Shown one piece after another: positions 28,666-38,932 of a stretch of DNA of 64,000 nt (the first letter of the stretch is position 1; every line of letters starts with the position of its first letter). The stretch is from Bacilli bacterium (GTDB taxonomy: Bacteria > Bacillota_I > Bacilli_A > RF39 > UBA660): the NCBI GenBank assembly GCA_017460175.1, contig JAFUBO010000004.1:23592-87591 (forward strand), read 5' to 3'. Under the pieces are notes generated by a model, which was not told where the DNA came from, made no database searches, and saw only the letters and a program-made list of their open reading frames with translations. Made by a program: the position numbers and the translations under genes.

Positions 28666-29841
28666 ATGTTAGATGATTTTTTAGAAGATCTAGGTTATAG
28701 TAATGATCAAATTAAAATTGTTCATAATATATATCCCAATAAAATATATTCTGAATCTTCTTTGTTATTTAATTTTAAAAATTTATATTATTATCTAAAT
28801 AAAAATAACATTAGTAATGAAGATTTTATTAATATAACAATGACAATACCTAGTATTATTTCTCTTAGTTTAGAGGATATTAATAATAAAATTATTGAAT
28901 TAAATGATTTGGGTTTTAATAAAATTAATTCATTTAAATTAATATCAAAATATCCATATATCATTGAAATTAATAAATCAACATTAAAAAATAGTATCAA
29001 TAGTTTTAAAAGTATAGGTTTTAAGGAAAATGATATTATTACAGTTATTGTTAATAATCCTAGTTTACTTCAAGGTGATTTTTCTAATTATAAGTGTGTT
29101 ATAGATTATTTAATTAATTATGGATATTCTAATGATAATATTATGAGATTGATTAGAAAAATTCCTGAATTATTAAATTTGAATATTATTGATATTAAAA
29201 ATAAATACAAAAAGATTGAAGATTTTGGATTTGATCAAAATGTTGTCATTCAAATAACTAATATAATTCCTAGTATTTTGTTATCTGATAAAAATTTAAT
29301 TACTGATTATTTTGATTCTTTATTATCATTTGGATATACTAATATGGATATTATTGAGATAATTAAAAAAATTCCTATTATATTTAAAGATAGATATAGA
29401 GAACATTTAAATGATAGAATTAATAACTTTTCTAATTTAGGGATTAATAGTAAGGATATTATTTTGATGACTTCTAATAATCCATATTTATTTTTATATT
29501 CTGAAGACAATATTATTACTATATATAAGAATTTATTAAAATTAAAATATTCTAATGATGATATTAATAAAATATGTGTTAGTTTTCCTTTAATATTTGG
29601 ATATAATTGGAATTATACTCTTGATAAAATTATGTATTATAAAAAAATTGATTTAGATAAGTATTTAATTAGTAATAGTAAAATATTATTATTACCTATT
29701 GAACTAGTTCATTCAAGATACCTATATATTTCAAAATATAAAAATATAGATAATAATTATAAAGATTTATTTATTGATGATTGTAGTTTTTATAAATTAT
29801 ATAAAATTAAGAGAGATAGTTTGCTGAAAGGAGAATTTTAA
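28666..29841 (+). CDS. mTERF-like repeat protein (about 11 tandem ~30-aa helical repeats with L-G-[FY]-[ST]...I..I....P.[IL][LF] periodicity)
   Basis: The repeats 'LGYSNDQIKIVHNIYP', 'LGFNKINSFKLISKYPYII', 'IGFKENDIITVIVNNPSLL', 'YGYSNDNIMRLIRKIPELL', 'FGFDQNVVIQITNIIPSIL', 'FGYTNMDIIEIIKKIPIIF', 'LGINSKDIILMTSNNPYLF' and 'LKYSNDDINKICVSFPLIF' are read directly. A good RBS (GGTGGTGA) precedes the ATG. Confidence 0.5.
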   Translation: MLDDFLEDLGYSNDQIKIVHNIYPNKIYSESSLLFNFKNLYYYLNKNNISNEDFINITMTIPSIISLSLEDINNKIIELNDLGFNKINSFKLISKYPYIIEINKSTLKNSINSFKSIGFKENDIITVIVNNPSLLQGDFSNYKCVIDYLINYGYSNDNIMRLIRKIPELLNLNIIDIKNKYKKIEDFGFDQNVVIQITNIIPSILLSDKNLITDYFDSLLSFGYTNMDIIEIIKKIPIIFKDRYREHLNDRINNFSNLGINSKDIILMTSNNPYLFLYSEDNIITIYKNLLKLKYSNDDINKICVSFPLIFGYNWNYTLDKIMYYKKIDLDKYLISNSKILLLPIELVHSRYLYISKYKNIDNNYKDLFIDDCSFYKLYKIKRDSLLKGEF

Positions 29842-30224
29842 TGGATTTCTTAATTAGAAATGGATTTACTATTGAAGAAATTAAAATTATGATGGATACA
29901 AATGATTCTATTGAATATGTTAATGAAAAAAATATTAATTTATTAGTAAGTGTATTAAAGGAAAATAATTGTACTGATATAGATATTAAAAATATATTTA
30001 TTTGTAATCCCTTTTCTATTACTAATGATATTAATATTATTTGTAATTTAATAAATAAATTAAAGGAATTAAAAATAGATAATTTGAATTTATTATTTAC
30101 TAGTAATCCTTATATATTAAATATGAGTGACAAAGATTTAGAAAAATTATATAATAAGAAAAAAAGAGAAGGACTTAATAATAATGAAATAATTGATTTT
30201 ATTAATTATAATATTATTTTTTAG
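29841..30224 (+). CDS. Short mTERF-like repeat protein (3 repeats), translationally coupled (TAATG) to the preceding gene
   Basis: The same repeat type is present: 'NGFTIEEIKIMMDTN', 'NNCTDIDIKNIFICNPFSI' and 'LKIDNLNLLFTSNPYIL'. The reading frame differs from the upstream gene. Confidence 0.45.
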   Translation: MDFLIRNGFTIEEIKIMMDTNDSIEYVNEKNINLLVSVLKENNCTDIDIKNIFICNPFSITNDINIICNLINKLKELKIDNLNLLFTSNPYILNMSDKDLEKLYNKKKREGLNNNEIIDFINYNIIF

Positions 30225-30234
30225 GGGTGAATAT

Positions 30235-31146
30235 ATGAATGTTGTTATAAAAGTTAATGATGAAATTAAAGAAAAAATGATTGAATATTACAAAGATAAA
30301 AAACGTGATAAAGTAATTCCTTATGTAGTATTTCAAGCACAAGATGAAGATACAGTTATAACTATGTATGAATCAGGTAAAGTAATGTTTCAAGGAACTA
30401 GTGCTGATGTAGATGCTGCTATGTGGGGTGTTGCATTAGAAAATACAAATGAAAAGAAGGAAGAAAAAAAGAAAGAAAATTTGAAATATTATAATGCACC
30501 TAGTGTTGGTAGTGATGAAGTTGGTACAGGAGATTATTATGGCCCTATTGTAGTTACTGCTTGTTTTGTAGATAAAAATAATTTAGAAGAACTTAAAAAA
30601 TTAGGAGTTGGAGATTCTAAAAAAATTGATGACTCTAAGATATTAAAAATAGCTCCGCAGATTGCTAAATTGGTTAAATATAAATCTGTTATATTAACTA
30701 ATAAAGAATATAATGAAAAGTATAATAAAGATATCAATATGAATAAAATTAAGGCTATTCTTCATAATAAAGTTTTATATCAATTAATTAATGAAGAGAA
30801 ACCTGTATACGAATATATTATTGTTGATGAATTTGCAAGAGAAGCTAGATATTATGAATATTTAAATGGACAAAATAATATTCAAAAAGGAATAACGTTT
30901 TTAACAAAGGCAGAAGATATATCACCTGCTGTTGGATGTGCTTCTATTATAAGTAGATATATATTTTTAAAAGAATTTGATAAATTATGTGATTCTATTC
31001 ATATGCCTTTACCTAAGGGTGCCGGACGTGATGTAGATGAAATTGGTGAAGAAGTGGTTGAAAAATATGGAGAAGATAAATTAAAAGAAATAGCTAAAGT
31101 TAATTTTAAAAATACAGATAGAATATTACATACTATGATTTATTAA
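30235..31146 (+). CDS. rnhC: Ribonuclease HIII
   Basis: I chose the start at MNVVIKV (30235), with RBS AGGGGTG 8 nt upstream; the ORF track starts earlier. An N-terminal DUF3378-like domain is followed by an RNase HII/HIII catalytic core: 'DEVGTGDYYGP', '...VDEFA...', 'KAED..'. Confidence 0.85.
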   Translation: MNVVIKVNDEIKEKMIEYYKDKKRDKVIPYVVFQAQDEDTVITMYESGKVMFQGTSADVDAAMWGVALENTNEKKEEKKKENLKYYNAPSVGSDEVGTGDYYGPIVVTACFVDKNNLEELKKLGVGDSKKIDDSKILKIAPQIAKLVKYKSVILTNKEYNEKYNKDINMNKIKAILHNKVLYQLINEEKPVYEYIIVDEFAREARYYEYLNGQNNIQKGITFLTKAEDISPAVGCASIISRYIFLKEFDKLCDSIHMPLPKGAGRDVDEIGEEVVEKYGEDKLKEIAKVNFKNTDRILHTMIY

Positions 31147-31149
31147 AAA

Positions 31150-31180
31150 GAAAAAAGAGTTTTAATAACTCTTTTTTTTA
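31150..31180. terminator. Bidirectional terminator between convergent rnhC and thyA-like genes (AGAGTT-ttaat-AACTCT flanked by A/T runs)
   Basis: The hairpin is read directly. Confidence 0.55.
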
Positions 31181-32356
31181 TATACCTAATGGAAATTTTA
31201 ATTGTGGATTTTTTATTTTTATTAATTCTTTTGGATAATCATCTACATATATATCATCCGGTTTAACATCATTAAAACTTATTACTTCTTCTTTTAATTC
31301 GATACTACATTTTGCATTTATTGGTTCTCTATTTAGCATTTCAATTGTTTGGTCTAAATGTCTATCATATATTTGAACGTTAACTGGTTTCCAAGTAAAA
31401 ATACCTGGAATATATCCTAAATCTCTTGCAACCATTTTATGTTCTGCAACATATTGAACTTGATTAATGCATGCAGCTGTATCAAAGTCACTTGAACGTT
31501 GAATCATAGTCATATCTAAATAGTCTAATCCATCCCATCCATGCCTTACATTCCAAACAGTTAGAAAAGCACAAGGTTTTAATCCATGAGGTCTTTGAAA
31601 ATCATCTGTTTGCCATAAACAAGTTATATTCCTTCTACCATCAGGATTCTTTCTGATTTGTTCTATTACTTCAGTATAAATCATATTTCTTGGACCAGTA
31701 GTACCACCATAACATGAGCCTATTATTGGATGAGATTTTTCATTTAAAATGTAGTTTCCATTTTCATCACGAAGTGCCCATTCTTCCCACCAATTATTTA
31801 TTTTATGATCTTTATCCCAAGTATTCTTGCCTATTAGTTCATCAAATTCTACTAAGTCATTACTTTGTTTTTGATAAATCCAAAGTATTTCAGCAACTGA
31901 TGTTTTTATAGCTATAGGACGAAGTGTAATCATTGGTGTTTCTCCTTTAGATAAATCATATATACACTCAATTCCTTGATTAACGCTTAGTGTATGAGCT
32001 GGAACGTGTACTTCTACTCCATGTTCTTTTTCAATTACTGTTTCATTATCTCCTACTTTGATTTCTTCATTTTCTTTTGTAGTAATAATTCTTTTTAAAT
32101 CATCATATGTAGCATCAGAATAAAAATCATGATATTTTGGTCTAGGATTATGATCTAAGCATCCTTCTTGAAGAATCTTATCCATAATTAATTTGTGATA
32201 CATATCTCCTTTAGTACCTATTTTATGACCTTCTTCATCTTGTAAATATCCATCTTTTATTTTTAAATCGTTATATGTAGTTTTTATTAATTTTAATGGG
32301 CTTTCCCCTAATTTTAGTTTTTCTATATTTATTCTGTTCAAATTAAATTCTTTCAT
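31178..32356 (-). CDS. Thymidylate-synthase-family protein, unusually long (392 aa) with insertions
   Basis: The C-terminal half aligns by eye to ThyA. The features are 'RNMIYTEVIEQIRKNPDGRRN' (RR phosphate-binding pair), 'KPCAF' (catalytic Cys) and 'MIQRSSDFDTAACINQVQYV'. Also seen are 'PMITLRPIAIKTSVAEILWIYQ' and a terminal 'IYDRHLDQ'. The N-terminus has ~60 extra residues and several insertions. Confidence 0.6.
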   Translation of the reverse strand: MKEFNLNRINIEKLKLGESPLKLIKTTYNDLKIKDGYLQDEEGHKIGTKGDMYHKLIMDKILQEGCLDHNPRPKYHDFYSDATYDDLKRIITTKENEEIKVGDNETVIEKEHGVEVHVPAHTLSVNQGIECIYDLSKGETPMITLRPIAIKTSVAEILWIYQKQSNDLVEFDELIGKNTWDKDHKINNWWEEWALRDENGNYILNEKSHPIIGSCYGGTTGPRNMIYTEVIEQIRKNPDGRRNITCLWQTDDFQRPHGLKPCAFLTVWNVRHGWDGLDYLDMTMIQRSSDFDTAACINQVQYVAEHKMVARDLGYIPGIFTWKPVNVQIYDRHLDQTIEMLNREPINAKCSIELKEEVISFNDVKPDDIYVDDYPKELIKIKNPQLKFPLGI

Positions 32357-32394
32357 ATGAACCTCCTAAAATAATTATAACAAAAAAAGAATGA

Positions 32395-33543
32395 TTATTC
32401 ATTCTCTTTTATAAATTTATTGAACTTTTTAATTTCGTCTGTATCTAATTCTGTTCTTGATAATTTTTCAATTAATTCTTTTTGTTCTCTTGTTAATCTA
32501 TTAGGGGTATAAACTTTAAAGATTAAGTACATATCACCTTTAATTTTTCTAAATCTATTATCTACACCTTTACCTTTTATTCTTTGTTTGTCTCCACTAT
32601 TAGTTCCAGCTGGAATGTTTATTTTTACATTACCATATAATGTAGGTATATCTTTCTTACAACCTAATATTGATTCAGTAAGTGTTAGTGGTACTTCTAG
32701 ATAAATGTCATTTTCGTCACGTTCAAAATATTTATGTCTTCCTACTACGAATTCAATATATAAATCACCATTTTCTCCACCATTTATACCAGGATTACCT
32801 TTACCACTGATTTTTTGTCTATCTCCTGTATTAATACCCTCTGGTATGTTAATAGTGATTTTTTTATTAATTTTAACTTTTCCTTTACCATTACATTCAG
32901 AACATTTTCTTTTGTATGTATGTCCAAGTCCTTTACAATCTGGACATGTTGTTTTTGACATAAATGATCCAAGTATTGTTCTTTGTTCATGAGTTACAGT
33001 TCCACTTCCATGACATGTATGGCATGTTTCTCTATCAAATCCACCATTACCATGACATTCGCTACACTCTTCTACTACATCTAAATTGAATTTTTTTTCT
33101 GTACCATAGATTGCTTCATCAAATGATAAGTCTAAACGCATTAGTATATCACTGCCACGAGTTGGACGATTAGTAGTACTTCCTCTTCCTCCAAAACCAG
33201 TAAAATTTGAAAAACCTCCACCAAAAATAGAATCAAATATATCTCCAAAATCAAAATCGGATGCATCAAAATTAGTATATGTTCCTCCACCAGGATATCC
33301 TGCAGTTGGTCCATTGCCACTTACTCCAGCATGTCCAAATTGATCATACATTTTTTTCTTATTTTCATCGCCTAATACTGAATATGCTTCTTGTACTTCT
33401 TTAAATTTATCTTCGGCTTTTGGATCGTCTTTGTTAAGGTCTGGGTGTAGTTCTTTTGCTTTTTTACGATAAGCACTTTTTATTTCAGCTTCTGTAGCAC
33501 CTTTTTTTATACCTAAAACCTCATAATAATCTCTTTTATCCAT
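32395..33543 (-). CDS. dnaJ: Chaperone DnaJ
   Basis: It has a J-domain with 'HPD', a G/F-rich linker and four CxxCxGxG zinc-finger repeats. It is 382 aa. Confidence 0.9.
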   Translation of the reverse strand: MDKRDYYEVLGIKKGATEAEIKSAYRKKAKELHPDLNKDDPKAEDKFKEVQEAYSVLGDENKKKMYDQFGHAGVSGNGPTAGYPGGGTYTNFDASDFDFGDIFDSIFGGGFSNFTGFGGRGSTTNRPTRGSDILMRLDLSFDEAIYGTEKKFNLDVVEECSECHGNGGFDRETCHTCHGSGTVTHEQRTILGSFMSKTTCPDCKGLGHTYKRKCSECNGKGKVKINKKITINIPEGINTGDRQKISGKGNPGINGGENGDLYIEFVVGRHKYFERDENDIYLEVPLTLTESILGCKKDIPTLYGNVKINIPAGTNSGDKQRIKGKGVDNRFRKIKGDMYLIFKVYTPNRLTREQKELIEKLSRTELDTDEIKKFNKFIKENE

Positions 33544-33547
33544 TTAA

Positions 33548-35362
33548 TCACATCTTTCTTTCATTCTTTTTTGTTAGAACCTTAAATTCTTCTATTGTTT
33601 TATCAAACATCTTAATAGCATTTTCATACACTTTTTTATTTGTCATATCTACTCCTGCTATTTTTAATGTATCTATTGGATTATAGAAATTACCACTTTC
33701 TAACATTTTTAAATAATTAGAAACTGAATTTTCTTCATTGTTTAATATACGAGTAACTATATCACAAGCAGCGCATAAGCTAGTTGCATATTTATATACA
33801 TAGAAATTGTAGTAGAAATGTGGAATTCTTTCCCATTCATATTTAATTTCATCATCTACTACTACACTATCACCAAAATATAATTTATTTAATTCTAAAT
33901 ATTTATCACTTAATTTATCTGAAGTTATAACATCATCATTTTCTACTAAATCATACGCATATTTTTCAAATTCTTCAAACATTACTTGACGATAAATAGT
34001 AGATTTAAATAATTCCATTAAATGATTTAGTGCAGCCATTTTTTCATTATCATCATTACTATTATTTATTAAATAGTATGCAAGTAATAATTCATTTGTA
34101 GTTGAAGCTACTTCTGCTACAAATATTGGATAGTCTCCATATTGATATGGATTATTATTTCTTGTATAAAAACTATGCATAGAGTGACCCAATTCATGAA
34201 TAAGAGTTGATACATCATCTAATCTTTCTTGATAATTTAATAATAGATAAGGATATGTATCAAAACATCCTCCTGAGTAAGCACCTCCTCTTTTATTTTT
34301 ATTAGGATATATATCTATCCATTTTTCAGTAAATGCTTTTTCTAAGTCTTTAGTATATTTTTTACCTAATATGGAAGTCGCTTTAAATACTAAATCTTTT
34401 GCTTCTTCAAATGTATATTTTTTATCATAATCTTTTATTAAATCTGTATATACATCATACATATGCATTTCATCTAAACCTAAAATATCTTTCTTTAAAT
34501 TAAAATACTTTTGATATACATCTAAATTATTATGAATAGTATTTACTAAAGTATTATATATATCTATATTTAATTCATCTTTATATAATTCTTTTTCAAA
34601 TACACTTTCATATCCTCTTAATTTAGTAAGAGCTACATTTTCTTTTATATGCCCATTTAAGCATGATGATATTGTATTTTTATATTGTTTATAACCAGCA
34701 TATAATGCTTTAAATGCTTCTATTCTTACTCTTCTATCTTTACTTTTAATATAAATTGAGTAATTTGTATCATTTAATTCAACATCATTATCATTTTCAT
34801 CTTTTATATTACCTAGTGTCATATCAGAATCTGTTAAATAACTATAGGTTGTTTCATCATTATCAAAAGCTTTAGATAGTTTTGATAATATTTTTTCTTC
34901 ATCATCGCTTAAAGTATATTTCTTATATCTATATATTTTTTCAATATATCTTTTGAATTCTTCTAATTCTTTTTCTTCTTTTAGATATTTATCTATAATT
35001 TCTTTTTCTACTTTTAATATTTCTGGAGTTAGAAAATATGAATTTTTAATAGCCAAATCATATAAATTAAGTATTTTACTATTTAATTCTTGATTTTCAT
35101 TATTTGAGATATCTTCATCACATAACATATGTGTATATGAATATAGTTTTTCTATTCTTCTTGATATTTCTATATCGTCTTTAATTACAGATAATAATGT
35201 TTTAGAACTATCCATTACATGATTTTCATATTTTTTAAATCTTTCTATTAATTTTTTTGTTTCTTCATAGAAAGTATTAAACTCATCTAAATTTTTAAAT
35301 ATTTTGGTTAGATCCCATTTATATTCATCATTGATTTCTTCTCTTGTTTTTATAGTACTCAT
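33548..35362 (-). CDS. pepF: Oligoendopeptidase F (M3B)
   Basis: The 'HELGHSMHS' HExxH zinc motif is present in a 604-aa protein. It lies between dnaK and dnaJ. Confidence 0.85.
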   Translation of the reverse strand: MSTIKTREEINDEYKWDLTKIFKNLDEFNTFYEETKKLIERFKKYENHVMDSSKTLLSVIKDDIEISRRIEKLYSYTHMLCDEDISNNENQELNSKILNLYDLAIKNSYFLTPEILKVEKEIIDKYLKEEKELEEFKRYIEKIYRYKKYTLSDDEEKILSKLSKAFDNDETTYSYLTDSDMTLGNIKDENDNDVELNDTNYSIYIKSKDRRVRIEAFKALYAGYKQYKNTISSCLNGHIKENVALTKLRGYESVFEKELYKDELNIDIYNTLVNTIHNNLDVYQKYFNLKKDILGLDEMHMYDVYTDLIKDYDKKYTFEEAKDLVFKATSILGKKYTKDLEKAFTEKWIDIYPNKNKRGGAYSGGCFDTYPYLLLNYQERLDDVSTLIHELGHSMHSFYTRNNNPYQYGDYPIFVAEVASTTNELLLAYYLINNSNDDNEKMAALNHLMELFKSTIYRQVMFEEFEKYAYDLVENDDVITSDKLSDKYLELNKLYFGDSVVVDDEIKYEWERIPHFYYNFYVYKYATSLCAACDIVTRILNNEENSVSNYLKMLESGNFYNPIDTLKIAGVDMTNKKVYENAIKMFDKTIEEFKVLTKKNERKM

Positions 35363-35413
35363 AGTAATCCTTTCATAAAAGTAAGAAGTTCTAAATGGAA
35401 CTTCTACTTTTTA

Positions 35414-37237
<1,824 letters not shown>

Positions 37238-37253
37238 TTATTATCTCCTTTTC

Positions 37254-37811
37254 TTATTTTTGATTTATTTTTACTGATGCTGGACGAATTACTCTATCCT
37301 TTAACTTGTAACCTTTCAATAATACTTCTAGAACTATATCATCATTTTTTGATGAATCATTTTCTACTAAAAGTGCTTGTTCTTGATTAGGATCAAATAT
37401 TTGTCCAACACGATTTATTTCTTCTACTCCGTATTTCTTTAAAATATCATATAAATTCTTATGAATCATTTTAAATCCTACTAAGTATTTTTTTAATTCA
37501 TCACTTAAATCCTCTTCCTTATTAATAGCTCTTTCAAAATTATCAATAACTGGTAGAATTTCAGTAATAATACTTTGATTTGCATATTTTAATAAATTTT
37601 CGACTTCTTCATCTTTACGTCTTCTATAATTAATTAATTCTGCTTGAGAAAGTTTTACTTTTTCTAATAAACTTTTATTTTCTTCTGTTAAAGTATTTAT
37701 TTCGTTTTCTAGTTTTAACATTTCTTCATTTAATTTTGTGTCTTGTTCTAATTCTTTTGTTTCTTCTAGTAATTCTACATTTTCTTTTTCTTCTTCTTTT
37801 TTCTTTCTCAT
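37254..37811 (-). CDS. grpE: Nucleotide exchange factor GrpE
   Basis: This 185-aa protein has a coiled-coil N-terminus. Its C-terminal beta-domain pattern ('RRRKDEE', 'G.Q.FDPN.H.A') is GrpE-like. Confidence 0.9.
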   Translation of the reverse strand: MRKKKEEEKENVELLEETKELEQDTKLNEEMLKLENEINTLTEENKSLLEKVKLSQAELINYRRRKDEEVENLLKYANQSIITEILPVIDNFERAINKEEDLSDELKKYLVGFKMIHKNLYDILKKYGVEEINRVGQIFDPNQEQALLVENDSSKNDDIVLEVLLKGYKLKDRVIRPASVKINQK

Positions 37812-37816
37812 AAAGC

Positions 37817-38806
37817 CTACCTTTCAATATTCTCTTTCATATATTCTAATAGTCCAACAACACGATCATATTCCATTCTTTTTGGACCAATTATAGCGAT
37901 TGTACCTTCTTCATTACCTTTTTTAAATTTAGTCTGAATTACAGTCATATCACTATCTATATGATTTTCATTTCCAATATAAACTTTTATGTTATTATCA
38001 TCGTCTTCTTCAATATTTTTTAGTAATTGTTTGTCTTCTAATTTATTAAATACTTCTTTTATTTTATTTACATTTGAAGAAAACTCAGGTTGTTCTAACA
38101 TTTTTGTCTTTCCCATAATATTGACTTCTTGATTAGTGAAATCAGTAAATACATTATAGAAAGCATTATATAATTGTTCATGTTGTTTTACATATTTACC
38201 TATAATAGGTTTTATTTCAAACTCTAATTTAGATACTATATCATCTATTGGAGTTCCTGAGATCAAGTTATTAATCAATCCAACTGTTTTTCGTATTTCA
38301 TCTAAAGAAACATCTTTAAGTCTAATATTTTTGTGTTCTACATGTCCTTTATCTGTAACAATGATAACAGTCATATTTTCATCATCAATAGGAATTACTT
38401 CTATTTGTTTAAGAAGATTCTCATGAGATTTGCTTCCTAGCACTACTGTAGTGTAGTTCATCATATCAGATATTACTTGAAGACTTTTAGTAATAACATC
38501 TGATAGAGCTAGTTGTTGATTTTTGAAGACAATTTGTAATTTTAACATATCTTCTGCATTCATCTTTTTTAATTCCATTAAGTGATCTACATAATAACGA
38601 TATCCTGCCTCACTAGGAATTCTTCCTGAAGATGTATGAGTTTTTTCTAATAGTCCTAGTTTTTCAAGTTCTCCCATTTCATTTCGTACAGTAGCGCTTG
38701 AGCAATTGAGTTCCCTCGAAATTACTTTTGAGCCTACTGGAATCGGTTCTTTGATATACTTTTCAACTATTAGTTTAAGTATTTTTTCTTGTCTTTCGGT
38801 TGGCAT
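37817..38806 (-). CDS. hrcA: Heat-inducible transcription repressor HrcA
   Basis: The N-terminal winged-helix region 'RQEKILKLIVEKYIKEPIPVGSKVIS' is present. It is 329 aa and sits upstream of grpE-dnaK. CIRCE elements lie upstream. Confidence 0.9.
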   Translation of the reverse strand: MPTERQEKILKLIVEKYIKEPIPVGSKVISRELNCSSATVRNEMGELEKLGLLEKTHTSSGRIPSEAGYRYYVDHLMELKKMNAEDMLKLQIVFKNQQLALSDVITKSLQVISDMMNYTTVVLGSKSHENLLKQIEVIPIDDENMTVIIVTDKGHVEHKNIRLKDVSLDEIRKTVGLINNLISGTPIDDIVSKLEFEIKPIIGKYVKQHEQLYNAFYNVFTDFTNQEVNIMGKTKMLEQPEFSSNVNKIKEVFNKLEDKQLLKNIEEDDDNNIKVYIGNENHIDSDMTVIQTKFKKGNEEGTIAIIGPKRMEYDRVVGLLEYMKENIER

Positions 38807-38817
38807 AACTTACCTCC

Positions 38818-38844
38818 TTAGCACTGCTTTTATTCAAGTGCTAA
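38818..38844. promoter_or_regulatory. CIRCE operator (HrcA binding site) TTAGCACTG-N9-AAGTGCTAA
   Basis: It matches the established consensus TTAGCACTC-N9-GAGTGCTAA with 2 mismatches. It lies 12 nt upstream of the hrcA start. Confidence 0.7.
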
Positions 38845-38863
38845 TTATATAGTACTCTTATTT

Positions 38864-38890
38864 TTAGCACTTGTCAATAGTTTGTGCTAA
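38864..38890. promoter_or_regulatory. Second, more degenerate CIRCE-like inverted repeat TTAGCACTT-N9-TTGTGCTAA
   Basis: It is read directly 20 nt upstream of the first CIRCE, with 3 mismatches to consensus. Confidence 0.55.
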
Positions 38891-38932
38891 AACATTTTAA
38901 AAATAAAAAGCATGTATGTAAAATACTGCTTT

